Shown here: positions 8,293 through 17,251 of the stretch, piece after piece
Position numbering within the stretch: position 1 is the first letter of the stretch
Layout: each line of letters opens with the position of its first letter
Source: an uncultured bacterium
GTDB taxonomy: Bacteria > Krumholzibacteriota > Krumholzibacteriia > Krumholzibacteriales > Krumholzibacteriaceae
DNA: 28,464 nucleotides
Reading direction: 5' to 3'
Assembly: GCA_965371515.1 (NCBI GenBank)
Contig: CBDUYR010000035.1
Location: 1-28,464 of the forward strand
The notes under the pieces: generated by a model
What the model was told of the DNA's origin: nothing
The model's database searches: none
What the model saw: the letters and a program-made list of their open reading frames with translations, nothing else
Position numbers and translations under genes: made by a program

Positions 8293-10537
8293 CTCTACGC
8301 TCTCCCTCCATGCCCGGCTCGTCTTGCGATGGATACTGCACGCGCGGATGGAAAATACCGGTGAGGAACTGTATGTACTTTTCCCTTATCACAGCGATGT
8401 CGTTGAGGGTCAACCCGCTGTTGTCCAGCTCCCCGTCGTTCATCCTCGCCGCGAAGATCTTCGATACGAGCGCCTTGATCCTTGGCGCCGTCGGTTCTTT
8501 GAGCGACCTGACAGCCGCCTCGCACGAATCGGCGAGCATGATCAGAGCGGTCTCCTTTGACTGTGGTCTCGGCCCCGGATATCTGAAATCATCGATATTC
8601 ACGCTGTCATGCGAATCATACTCGAGCGCCTTGTTGTAGAAGAACGCCATGACAGTCGTCCCGTGATGCTCGCGGATACCGTCTATGACGACCTTCGGCA
8701 TCTTCTCCTTCTTCGAGAGGTCTACCCCCTCTTTTACATGCGACGCGAGAATAAGCGCCGACATCGTCGGGGAGAGCTTCTCGTGCTTGTTGAAGTTTTC
8801 ACCCTTGTTCTCGAAAAAGTACTCCGGCTTTGCGAGCTTGCCTATATCGTGATAATAGGCCGACACCCTGGCGAGCAGCCCGTTGGCCGCCACCTCCGAG
8901 GCCACAGCCTCGACCATGTTGCCGACCATCAGGGAATGATGGTATGTCCCTGGCGCTTCCATGATCAGTCTCTTGAGGAGCGGCCTGTTCAGATCGCTCA
9001 GTTCCATCAGTGTAAAGTTCGTCGTCACATTGAACAGCGATTCGAAGATCGGCATGAGGAACATGACGAGGATCGTGCATGCAAATGCGTTCGCGATCCC
9101 ATACAGGGAGCCGAAAAGAAACTCGCTCACACTGAAGGCATCTAAGATGCCGAAACTCGAGATCCCGATGATGTATGCGAGCGAGACGTAGAGGAATATC
9201 GTGTAGAAATTACGCCTTTCGTGCAGTTTGGCAATGCTGAAGATCGCGGCCGAGCCGGCTAGTATCGAAATGAACGCGATGTTTCCCGGAAGGTCGGTAT
9301 TCGTGATCAGGAGAAGCGAGGCAAACAGCGTAAAGATCAGTGCAGTCAGCGTGCCGAAGAACGCGGTCGCTACCAGCGAAACGAAGGCAACGGGCACGAG
9401 GTACTCGCTGAGGAACGGCAGCTTTACCACCAGGGCCATCATCATCAGATAAAACAGGACTATTATGAATGTCAGCGACAGTTTCTCTGTATCCCTGACG
9501 AGGGACTTGTCGAACCTGAAGAGAGCCACCGCGAACATCGCCACGAGAAGGAGTATGCGCACGATCTTGCCGATGAAGAGCATGATCCTTTTGGTCGGCG
9601 ACATAGACAACTCGAGCCGCGTGCGCGAACGCTCCAGGGACTCGAGCTCACCGACCTGCTTCTTGGTCACCTTGTCGTGCTTCGCTATGATCCGCTGGTT
9701 CTTCGACACCTGGTACTCGCGGGGAACGTCGGCCATCGCCGCGCCCCTTCTCTGCCTCGTCTCATCGGCATCGTAGACCATATTGGGAACGATATGCGAT
9801 CGGACGATCGCGTAGAACAGCTGCTGCGCATCGTCGCTCTCGGGGAAAACGCTCTCGGCCCGTCCAAGTATGACAGCTTCGAGCTGACCCTGCTCGATCA
9901 GGCCGTTCGCCGGCATCAGTCTCTCGGAATCGCCGTCTATCAGCGAGATGTGCGGATAGTCCCTCCGCCTCAGCGGTGAGGCATCGTTTATTATCCCGCG
10001 CTCCAGAAGCCGTTTCTGTATTGCGAGTCCCTCGTCGAGGATCTTCCGGCGTGTCTCCCGCTCGAGGAGAAGCTCCACCGGCTCTCTCTCAAGGGCGGGG
10101 GCCATCTCTCTCATTATCTGCGCCCTTTCTTCGGGCGGCATCGAATCGACCATGGCAACTGCCTTTATCCTCTCCATCAGCCCGGTCAGGTTTCCAGGAA
10201 GGTGCTCGAACGTTTCGAACCTCATCCTGTATACCGGGGGGACGCTGACGGCAGCCCTTGCCCTGTTGATCTCGACCTCCTGGTCGCTCAACGGAACTAC
10301 GAAGGTCAACGGGGAGATAACATCGACGTCGGCGATGTCGCCTTCGCTGAAGGCTACATCTCTCGTCTTCTTTGTCGGCGGGAAGAGGAGTATCGACAGC
10401 GCGACAAAGACCACGATGTAGATAGCGGAAAGCATGCGACTGTCGTCCCTGAGCGAGGCGGGACGCAGGGCTCTCAACCCCCTGCGTAATCCATCGAGGG
10501 AATTGCCGTTCTCGCCGCTGGATAGCTGATCATTCAT
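8237..10537 (-). CDS. 7TM-HD (HDIG) membrane phosphohydrolase, PgpH/YqfF-like (putative c-di-AMP phosphodiesterase)
   Basis: N-terminal TM, large extracytoplasmic domain, 7TM block, then APGTYHHS, YYHDIGK, SHV, EHHGT, FRYPGP and MLADSCEAA. Start taken at ATG 10537, overlapping the phoH stop. Confidence 0.9.
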   Translation of the reverse strand: MNDQLSSGENGNSLDGLRRGLRALRPASLRDDSRMLSAIYIVVFVALSILLFPPTKKTRDVAFSEGDIADVDVISPLTFVVPLSDQEVEINRARAAVSVPPVYRMRFETFEHLPGNLTGLMERIKAVAMVDSMPPEERAQIMREMAPALEREPVELLLERETRRKILDEGLAIQKRLLERGIINDASPLRRRDYPHISLIDGDSERLMPANGLIEQGQLEAVILGRAESVFPESDDAQQLFYAIVRSHIVPNMVYDADETRQRRGAAMADVPREYQVSKNQRIIAKHDKVTKKQVGELESLERSRTRLELSMSPTKRIMLFIGKIVRILLLVAMFAVALFRFDKSLVRDTEKLSLTFIIVLFYLMMMALVVKLPFLSEYLVPVAFVSLVATAFFGTLTALIFTLFASLLLITNTDLPGNIAFISILAGSAAIFSIAKLHERRNFYTIFLYVSLAYIIGISSFGILDAFSVSEFLFGSLYGIANAFACTILVMFLMPIFESLFNVTTNFTLMELSDLNRPLLKRLIMEAPGTYHHSLMVGNMVEAVASEVAANGLLARVSAYYHDIGKLAKPEYFFENKGENFNKHEKLSPTMSALILASHVKEGVDLSKKEKMPKVVIDGIREHHGTTVMAFFYNKALEYDSHDSVNIDDFRYPGPRPQSKETALIMLADSCEAAVRSLKEPTAPRIKALVSKIFAARMNDGELDNSGLTLNDIAVIREKYIQFLTGIFHPRVQYPSQDEPGMEGERRGENNGRQQQSVGNRKKRV

Positions 10538-11543
10538 CGGAAGCCTCCGGTTCGCTGCCACAGTCCGGCGCCACATTGCCGCCATCCGGCCTTATACGGC
10601 TGAAAGCCCTTATGATCCTCTTGACGAGACTGTGCCGCACAACATCTTCCTCCCCGAACCATACGAACTTTATACCCTCGATATCGCCGAGTATCTCCGA
10701 GACAGCCACGAGCCCCGACTTCGATGGATCGACCAGGTCGATCTGGGTGATATCGCCCGTGACGATCGCCTTCGAGTTGACTCCCAGTCTCGTCAGAAAC
10801 ATCTTCATCTGCATGATCGTGCTGTTCTGCGCCTCGTCGAGAACGGCAAACGCGTTATTCATCGTCCTTCCGCGCATGTACGCGAGAGGCGCTATCTCGA
10901 GGACGCCCGTGTCGATCATCCTCTGGGTCTTTTCCCTTCCAATCATATCGTGCAGCGCGTCGAATATCGGCCTGATATACGGATCGATCTTCTCCTGCAG
11001 GTCCCCCGGCAGGAATCCGAGGTTCTCGCCCGCCTCTACGACCGGCCTCGAGAGAAAGATCTTCTCGATCTCCCCTCTTTTCAGGGCCGCCAGCGCCATA
11101 GCGATGGCAAGATATGTCTTGCCCGTTCCGGCCGGCCCGATCGCGAATACTATGTCGTACTCAGCCACCCCGGTAACGTATTCCTTCTGTCGCACGCTCC
11201 TCGGGACTATGCTCCTTCTCCTGACCGTCGAATAGTAGACAACCGTCTCGTCGAGCGAGCCTATCTTTTCCGCCTTCCCATCGCCCCCTCGCAGAACGGT
11301 CAGCACATCGCCCTCGGTGACCGTTCGGCCGCCGGACGCAATGCTTATCAATGTCTGCATCACTGAAGTCAGTTCTTCTATCCGCCTGTTCGAGCCGGTT
11401 ATGATGATATCGTCACCACGGACGACGATATCCTGCTCGAAGTGTTCCTCGATCAGGTTGAGGTTCCTGTCGCCCACGCCGAGGAGCTTGAGAGCATCGA
11501 CGCCGGCCAGGGAGAGCACCCTCTTTTTCGATTTCTGCGTCAA
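10530..11543 (-). CDS. phoH: PhoH family ATPase
   Basis: GPAGTGKTYLA, RPVVEAGE.LGFLPGDL, LAYMRGRT, LDEAQN, TGDITQIDL and DVVRH motifs. Confidence 0.97.
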   Translation of the reverse strand: MTQKSKKRVLSLAGVDALKLLGVGDRNLNLIEEHFEQDIVVRGDDIIITGSNRRIEELTSVMQTLISIASGGRTVTEGDVLTVLRGGDGKAEKIGSLDETVVYYSTVRRRSIVPRSVRQKEYVTGVAEYDIVFAIGPAGTGKTYLAIAMALAALKRGEIEKIFLSRPVVEAGENLGFLPGDLQEKIDPYIRPIFDALHDMIGREKTQRMIDTGVLEIAPLAYMRGRTMNNAFAVLDEAQNSTIMQMKMFLTRLGVNSKAIVTGDITQIDLVDPSKSGLVAVSEILGDIEGIKFVWFGEEDVVRHSLVKRIIRAFSRIRPDGGNVAPDCGSEPEASDE

Positions 11544-11563
11544 GGGCCGTTCCCCTTTACTGC

Positions 11564-11599
11564 AAAACTCCTGGTCCGCCTACGCAGACCAAGAGTCTT
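11564..11599 (-). terminator. 16-bp hairpin (terminator or stabiliser) after the lipoprotein pair
   Basis: AAGACUCUUGGUCUGC-GUAG-GCGGACCAGGAGUUUU pairs fully on the minus strand, with G-U pairs. Confidence 0.6.
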
Positions 11600-11627
11600 G
11601 TATGGTAAATCTGTATGACCGCCTCGC

Positions 11628-12335
11628 TTAATCCGAAGCAGGAAATTCTCGAGGAACGAGCAGTTCCTGCGCCGGGAAGATCAGGTCGGGATCGTCGATC
11701 CTTTCCCTGTTGGCCTCGAAAAGGACGGGCCACTGGCGGTAGTTGTCGTACACTTCCCAGTATCCTGCGATCTTGGCAAGCCACTCGTCCTGCATGACCT
11801 TGTGCTTCCGGGGCCATGTCCTAGGTACCTGGAGTGTCCAGCCTGCCATGACCCAGTCGGGATCCTCGATTACATCGCTATTCCCTCTCCAAAGCCTCGT
11901 CCACTTGAGGGGATCGCCGTAGATTTGTTCGTATCCAGCCACTATCCAGAGACATTCACCGTATATGAGCTTCCACTCCTTGGGCAACGATGCAAGCTCC
12001 TGCAGCTGGAGCGTGAGTTCGTCGACATTGTTGCGCAGCCTCGAGTATTCCCTCTCCGAGTCGCGCAGGTCCTTTGTGAATGTCTGGATATCTTCCTTGT
12101 TCTGCTCGAGCTGGTTCCGGGCGGTCTCTGAACGATCCTGCAGTGTATCGAGCTCTGCCGAGAGATCGACGCAGTATTGCTCCCTGTCCTTCTTCGACAG
12201 CTTCTGATATTCCTCGTCCTCGTAGTACTCGCCGGCCGTGATATCGATCTCTCGGGGCTTGTGCCTGCTGCAGCCCGCGGCCAGTACGACGATCAGAGGA
12301 ATGAACACCAGCACCATCAGTAATCTCTTGTTCAT
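11628..12335 (-). CDS. Lipoprotein with coiled coil and two LysM-like domains
   Basis: Lipobox LAAGC, a heptad-rich segment, then two repeats (GECLWIVAG..IYGD...W..L...N...I.DPD and EWLAKIAG...VY.....W..LFEAN...I.DPDLIFPAQEL). Confidence 0.85.
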   Translation of the reverse strand: MNKRLLMVLVFIPLIVVLAAGCSRHKPREIDITAGEYYEDEEYQKLSKKDREQYCVDLSAELDTLQDRSETARNQLEQNKEDIQTFTKDLRDSEREYSRLRNNVDELTLQLQELASLPKEWKLIYGECLWIVAGYEQIYGDPLKWTRLWRGNSDVIEDPDWVMAGWTLQVPRTWPRKHKVMQDEWLAKIAGYWEVYDNYRQWPVLFEANRERIDDPDLIFPAQELLVPREFPASD

Positions 12336-12362
12336 TATTCCCGTCTCCGTTCTGTCAGCCGC

Positions 12363-12653
12363 CTATTCCCTGCCGCTGCCTTTTTTCAGTTCGTAGACCT
12401 TCTTCTCGAGCTCGGCGGGCTTGTTCTCGATCGCGTCGATGTCGGCACGCTTGTCGGCGAGCCTCGCCTTCAGATCCGCCACCCTCTCACCTGTCTCGGC
12501 CTCTTCCTGCTCGTACGTCTCCGCATCCAGGCGGGTCTCATCGAGGGTCACGAGACTCGTCTCACATGGAGGGGCGGGTCCGCAACCGGCAGAAAAACCT
12601 GCAAGCAGTCCGAATATAATCGCCATCATCAGCCATCCACGTGCTGATTTCAT
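12363..12653 (-). CDS. Small coiled-coil lipoprotein
   Basis: GGGAGG RBS, signal peptide with lipobox FSAGC, and a charged helical mature part. Confidence 0.8.
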   Translation of the reverse strand: MKSARGWLMMAIIFGLLAGFSAGCGPAPPCETSLVTLDETRLDAETYEQEEAETGERVADLKARLADKRADIDAIENKPAELEKKVYELKKGSGRE

Positions 12654-12699
12654 AACTTTTTGTCCTCCCTGTCGTTATATCCCATAACAACTTACAGGA

Positions 12700-12728
12700 A
12701 CATTAATGCCGTACCGGCTGTATGTCAA
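12700..12728 (-). promoter_or_regulatory. Sigma70-type promoter for the lipoprotein pair
   Basis: TTGACA (12728-12723), 17-bp spacer, TAATGT (12705-12700). Confidence 0.65.
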
Positions 12729-12752
12729 GCAAAAAGCCTTTCACGCTACTCG

Positions 12753-12768
12753 TGCAAGAGCTGTGCCT
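12753..12768 (-). promoter_or_regulatory. Sigma54 (-24/-12) promoter candidate
   Basis: AGGCAC-AGCTC-TTGCA has exact GG-N10-GC spacing and one mismatch to TGGCAC-N5-TTGCA. It is intergenic and correctly oriented. Confidence 0.55.
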
Positions 12769-12780
12769 GATAATGCCCTG

Positions 12781-14586
12781 TTATTCCCTTTCGTTCCTTT
12801 CCGTTACTCTTATATGCAGTTCCTCCAGGATATCCTCCTCGATCTCCGAAGGCGCCCCTTCCATCAGCGATGTGGCGCTCTGCGTCTTCGGAAACGCTAT
12901 AAAATCCCTTATGGAGCTCTCTCCAGCCATTATCATCGCCAGCCGGTCGAGGCCTATGGCGATCCCCCCATGGGGCGGAGCGCCGTATTCGAAGGCCTCG
13001 AGGAGAAATCCGAACTTACGTTCGGCTTCCTCGTCGCCTATACCTATCACCCCGAAGAGCTTCTCCTGAAGCTCCCGCTTGTGGATCCTTATCGATCCCG
13101 AACCGAGCTCGGTACCGTTGCAGACTAGATCGTAGAGATGCCCGCGGACTGCGCCCGGATCCGAGTCGATTCCCGGGATATCTTCCTCGATCGGCATTGA
13201 AAAGATGTGATGGGCCGGTTCCCAGCCCCCGTCGCCCGACGGCATGAATAGTGGGAACCTGTTGACCCAGAGAAATCGCATCTCATCTCTCCCCTCGACC
13301 AGTTCCGCCCCCAGGTGAGTTCTGAGCTTCCCGAGCGACTTCTCGACTACGGGGATGTCACCGGCCACGAGCAGTATGAGCGAGGGGGCAGAAGCCGACA
13401 CGCCGAATCTCTCGAGAAGGGCGTCCATCTCTCCGCCGCCGAGGAATTTCGCTATAAGCGACTCCACGCCCTTTGCGTCGACGCTGACCGTTGCCAGTCC
13501 TCCCGCTCCGGCGCCCCTGACAAGCTTCTCGAGCTTCTTGATCTGGCTCTTCGACTGTCCCAGCCCTCCGGGCCAGGAGATTCCCCTTACCGCGCCGCCC
13601 CCCTCGACTGCCGAGGCAAAGGCGGAGAATCCGCTGCCGCGGAAGATATCGGAACAGTCGGAGATCTCGAGGCCAAACCTCAGATCGGGCTTGTCTGTGC
13701 CATACCTGAGCATCGTCTCGTCGTAGTCCAGTACTGGAAAAGGCGTCTCCAGTTCGATCCCGGCCACTTCGAGGAATATCTTTTTCATCAGGCCCTCAGC
13801 GAGGGTGAATATGTCGGCCTCCGAGGTGAAGCTCATCTCGATATCTATCTGTGTGTGTTCGGGCTGACGGTCAGCGCGCAGGTCCTCGTCGCGAAGGCAT
13901 CTGGCCAACTGGAAATACCTGTCGACTCCCGAGACCATCAGTATCTGCTTGTAGAGCTGCGGGCTCTGAGGCAGGGCGTAGAACCTGCCGGGCTGGAGCC
14001 TGCTCGGAACGATGTAGTCCCTCGCCCCCTCGGGGGTGCGGCGGACTAGCATCGGCGTCTCGACCTCGATGAAATCCTCGCCGGAGAGGAATATCCTCGT
14101 CTTGAGCGAGATCTCGTGCCGGAGCCTCAGATTCGACTGCATCGAGTCACGGCGCAGATCGAGATACCGGTATTTCAGCCTCAGCTCATCGTTCGCCTGC
14201 GACTTGTCGGTCACGTTAAAGGGAGGTACCTTGCTCCGGTTGAAGACCTCCGCGGAGGAGACCTCCACCTCGACCTCGCCCGTACCCATAGCGGCATTGA
14301 TCATGTCGTCCGGCCGCTTCCTTACCGTGCCCCTGACAGCGATGACGTCCTCGTTCCTCAGCGATCTGAACAAGGTGTGGAGCTTCTCGTCGCCAGCCTC
14401 GACGACGAGCTGCAAGAGCCCGCTGCGATCCCACATGTCGAGGAAGGTCAGATCGCCGAACTCGCGGACTTTCCTGACCCAGCCGGCGAGCGTTACCTCG
14501 CTGCCATCGTCGTCTGCCCTGAGCTCCCCGCACATCGCGGTCCTCTTCCACTCCTCGCCGAAATGATATACCGGTATATCAGTCAA
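12781..14586 (-). CDS. aspS: Aspartate--tRNA ligase
   Basis: RT.MCGELR, RLKYRYLDLRR, TPEGARDY, LPQSPQLYKQ, RDEDLRADRQPE, GAD insertion and YGAPPHGG. Probable TTG start at 14586 overlapping the hisS stop. Confidence 0.97.
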   Translation of the reverse strand: MTDIPVYHFGEEWKRTAMCGELRADDDGSEVTLAGWVRKVREFGDLTFLDMWDRSGLLQLVVEAGDEKLHTLFRSLRNEDVIAVRGTVRKRPDDMINAAMGTGEVEVEVSSAEVFNRSKVPPFNVTDKSQANDELRLKYRYLDLRRDSMQSNLRLRHEISLKTRIFLSGEDFIEVETPMLVRRTPEGARDYIVPSRLQPGRFYALPQSPQLYKQILMVSGVDRYFQLARCLRDEDLRADRQPEHTQIDIEMSFTSEADIFTLAEGLMKKIFLEVAGIELETPFPVLDYDETMLRYGTDKPDLRFGLEISDCSDIFRGSGFSAFASAVEGGGAVRGISWPGGLGQSKSQIKKLEKLVRGAGAGGLATVSVDAKGVESLIAKFLGGGEMDALLERFGVSASAPSLILLVAGDIPVVEKSLGKLRTHLGAELVEGRDEMRFLWVNRFPLFMPSGDGGWEPAHHIFSMPIEEDIPGIDSDPGAVRGHLYDLVCNGTELGSGSIRIHKRELQEKLFGVIGIGDEEAERKFGFLLEAFEYGAPPHGGIAIGLDRLAMIMAGESSIRDFIAFPKTQSATSLMEGAPSEIEEDILEELHIRVTERNERE

Positions 14587-15847
14587 CTTCGTTCTTCCTC
14601 TCCTGAAGGATCCTCTCTGCAAGTCCTTCGAACGGGACGTTCTCCTGACCGCCGCTCGCGAGGACCTTGACCGCCGCTTCCTTCTTTTCCAGCTCGTCCG
14701 GCCCTATGATCACGGCAAGCGGTGTTCCCGATTCAGAGGCGGCCTTCATCTGCTTCTTCATCGAACGTCCGGACAGGTCGACCGAGATCCGCACCCCCTC
14801 GGACCGCAGCCTTCCGGCTATAGAGAGGACCTCGGCCGAGGCCGACTCATCGGGCAGTATGAAGAAGGCGTCGACCTGATCGAGCCTTGTCTTCCCGGTG
14901 AACTCCTCCGGCAGGTTTTCCATCAGCCTCTCCATCCCTGCCGAGAAACCTACCGCGGGGATGCTCCCGCCGCCGCATTCCTCGGCGAGGCCGTCGTACC
15001 GTCCGCCGCCGCAGAGGGCGTTCTGTCCTCCTAGCCCCGGGTGCAGGACCTCGTAGGCCGTCTTCGTATAGTAATCGAGTCCCCTTACGAGAAGGGGATC
15101 GAGGATGAATTCTACCTTCATCTCGCGGAGGATCGACTGCAGCCCCCCGAAATGCTCCGAGCACTCGCTGCAGAGGTGATCGGTTATCACCGGCAGTTTC
15201 GTCTTGATGTCGCCGCATTCCTTGCAGTCGAAGATCCGCATCGGGTTGACATCGGCCCTCTCGCGGCAGTTGTCGCACAGCTCGTCACTGCACTCCTCGA
15301 GCGCCCCTCTCAACACGTCGAGGAAGCCGGGTCGGCAGACTGGGCAGCCGACGCTGTTGAGACGGACTTCGAGCCCCTCGAATCCGAACATCCGGTATAC
15401 GGCGATGCTGAGATCTATTATCTCGGCGTCGATCGCCGGGCCGGGGTGACCGATCGCCTCGGCGCCGAACTGGTGGAACTGGCGATACCTGCCGGCCTGC
15501 GGCCTGTCGTATCTGAACATCGGGCCCTGGTACCAGAATCTCGATATGCCGCCGGTCCTGTGGAGACCGTTCTCTATGAAGGCGCGCATGACAGGCGCGG
15601 TGTTCTCCGGTCTTAGTGTGAGGCTGCGCCCCTTCTTGTCGGTGAATACATACATCTCCTTCGAGACTATGTCGGTCGCCTCGCCGACGGCGCGGACGAA
15701 CAGCTCGGAGACCTCGAACACCGGCGTACGTATCTCGCTGTAGCCATACCTGCCGGCGAGGGCGGCTAGCATCTCCTCGACTTTCGTCCATGAACGCATC
15801 CGGTCCCCGAAAAAGTCCTGCGTTCCCCTTGGTCTCCTGAATTTCAT
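14579..15847 (-). CDS. hisS: Histidine--tRNA ligase
   Basis: PRGT.D, KEMY.F, LRPENTA, FRYDRPQAGRYRQFHQ, LVRGLDYYT and GGGRYDGL motifs. Confidence 0.98.
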   Translation of the reverse strand: MKFRRPRGTQDFFGDRMRSWTKVEEMLAALAGRYGYSEIRTPVFEVSELFVRAVGEATDIVSKEMYVFTDKKGRSLTLRPENTAPVMRAFIENGLHRTGGISRFWYQGPMFRYDRPQAGRYRQFHQFGAEAIGHPGPAIDAEIIDLSIAVYRMFGFEGLEVRLNSVGCPVCRPGFLDVLRGALEECSDELCDNCRERADVNPMRIFDCKECGDIKTKLPVITDHLCSECSEHFGGLQSILREMKVEFILDPLLVRGLDYYTKTAYEVLHPGLGGQNALCGGGRYDGLAEECGGGSIPAVGFSAGMERLMENLPEEFTGKTRLDQVDAFFILPDESASAEVLSIAGRLRSEGVRISVDLSGRSMKKQMKAASESGTPLAVIIGPDELEKKEAAVKVLASGGQENVPFEGLAERILQERKNEVD

Positions 15848-16257
15848 CCCTGTCCGGCCTTTCTCTCTGCGGCCCGCTTTATCTGCAATATGTGCCTCAG
15901 CACCGCCGCCAGCGTCCCGATGATGACCCCGGCCGAATCCATGATCAGGTCGAAAAAGCTCGAGTCGCGGCGGGGTATGTAGCTCTGGTACATCTCGTCA
16001 AGGGCCGCGACGGCAATCCCCGACATTATCACGATTATCACGGTGCTCCATCTTATCCTCACCCCGCCATAGCTGAGGCCCCGGTAATAAAGCATCGCGA
16101 ATATGGCGTACTCGATGAAATGGACGATCTTGTCTGATCCCGCTGGAAGCCGAAAGAGCCCCACATCATCGGGCGACAATCCCGGAATCGATGAAAGTCC
16201 GAAGATCATCATTAACCATATTATCAGCGGCAGCCATCTTCTGATATTCCAGCTCAA
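15844..16257 (-). CDS. VanZ family membrane protein
   Basis: IFGLSS.P, DKIVHFIEY, DE.YQ..IP.R and D...D..G motifs; 4-nt overlap with hisS. Confidence 0.9.
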   Translation of the reverse strand: MSWNIRRWLPLIIWLMMIFGLSSIPGLSPDDVGLFRLPAGSDKIVHFIEYAIFAMLYYRGLSYGGVRIRWSTVIIVIMSGIAVAALDEMYQSYIPRRDSSFFDLIMDSAGVIIGTLAAVLRHILQIKRAAERKAGQG

Positions 16258-16336
16258 ATCTCAGGGTCCTCCGTCGGCAGGTGAAGCCCGGTCAATCTTC
16301 CATCCCGGGGAATATAGCGGTTTCCCCCGCTCTCGT

Positions 16337-17251
16337 TCAAGGAAAGTGATAACCGGCCGATTCCCACACCTGCCCGGGCACCATGCCGGTCAGGTCGAGC
16401 TCTCCCCCGGCAGGCGGCCTGAACGCAGCCATCCCGAGACGAGCCATCTCCCGTCTCAATGGATCTGAGAGCCCGCCGGTGACCCGGGGAAGAATCCGTA
16501 CGAATCCTCTCGCCTTCCATTCCTCGGTCGCGGGATCGGAGACGAGTACTATCTCTGGAAGCTCCGGCCCGGTAAAGAGGACGCGGAGAGCCCCCGGCTC
16601 GATCGCCCCGTTCCCCTCGATCCTTCTCAGTTCCTCGAGGGACATTCCGCCCGCGCCGTACCTGCCGAGCAGCACTCCGTACGCGACAGCTTCCCCGCAG
16701 ACAGGACATGCATCGGAGAGGGTCTCGTAAGATACGGCCGACAGCTCTACGCCGTTTGCTGCGATCGCGGCAAGCGGAGAAATGAATCCGGTCGCCGAGG
16801 AGACAGATGTGAATGCTGTGCGAGACCAGTCGGGCTCGCCGGTTCGCGGAACGACCACTACCCCCATGGACAGGGAACCGTCTTCGCGCGGAGTGGAGAG
16901 TAAAAGACACTCCATCCGTCTCTCCTCTCGGGCGGAGAGCATCTGAAGCGATGTCATGATATAAAAATCGCATCCCGCCGGCTCGCCTCCTGGCCCGAGC
17001 CATACCCATGTGATGTCCCCGCCGTCCTGCGCCCTCACGCTCGAGGCGAAGGAACGCAGGACCGGACCGGCAACAGCCGAATCGAACGCGCAGACTCCGA
17101 TGCGGAGCGGAACATGGGCGGGATAGTCAGGTTCGAGGAAGAGCGCGGCGGCAGCCAGCGCGATGAGGAACACGAGCATGACGAGCGATATCCATCTTCC
17201 CAGGTAGGAAGAAAGCATATTGTTCTCACCGGTCTTCGAGCCGTCAGCCAT
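16337..17251 (-). CDS. Membrane-anchored PhnD/SsuA-like substrate-binding protein
   Basis: N-terminal TM, LRIGV, AFTSVSSATGFISP (resembles the PhnD AF.D..STSG.L.P motif), V..GVL.G..G and VLFTGPELP. The similarity is divergent. Confidence 0.6.
   Translation of the reverse strand: MADGSKTGENNMLSSYLGRWISLVMLVFLIALAAAALFLEPDYPAHVPLRIGVCAFDSAVAGPVLRSFASSVRAQDGGDITWVWLGPGGEPAGCDFYIMTSLQMLSAREERRMECLLLSTPREDGSLSMGVVVVPRTGEPDWSRTAFTSVSSATGFISPLAAIAANGVELSAVSYETLSDACPVCGEAVAYGVLLGRYGAGGMSLEELRRIEGNGAIEPGALRVLFTGPELPEIVLVSDPATEEWKARGFVRILPRVTGGLSDPLRREMARLGMAAFRPPAGGELDLTGMVPGQVWESAGYHFP

Noticed and set aside
3654..15900. T-box leaders for glyQS, aspS and hisS
   Set aside because: These genes overlap or directly abut their upstream neighbours, leaving no leader space.
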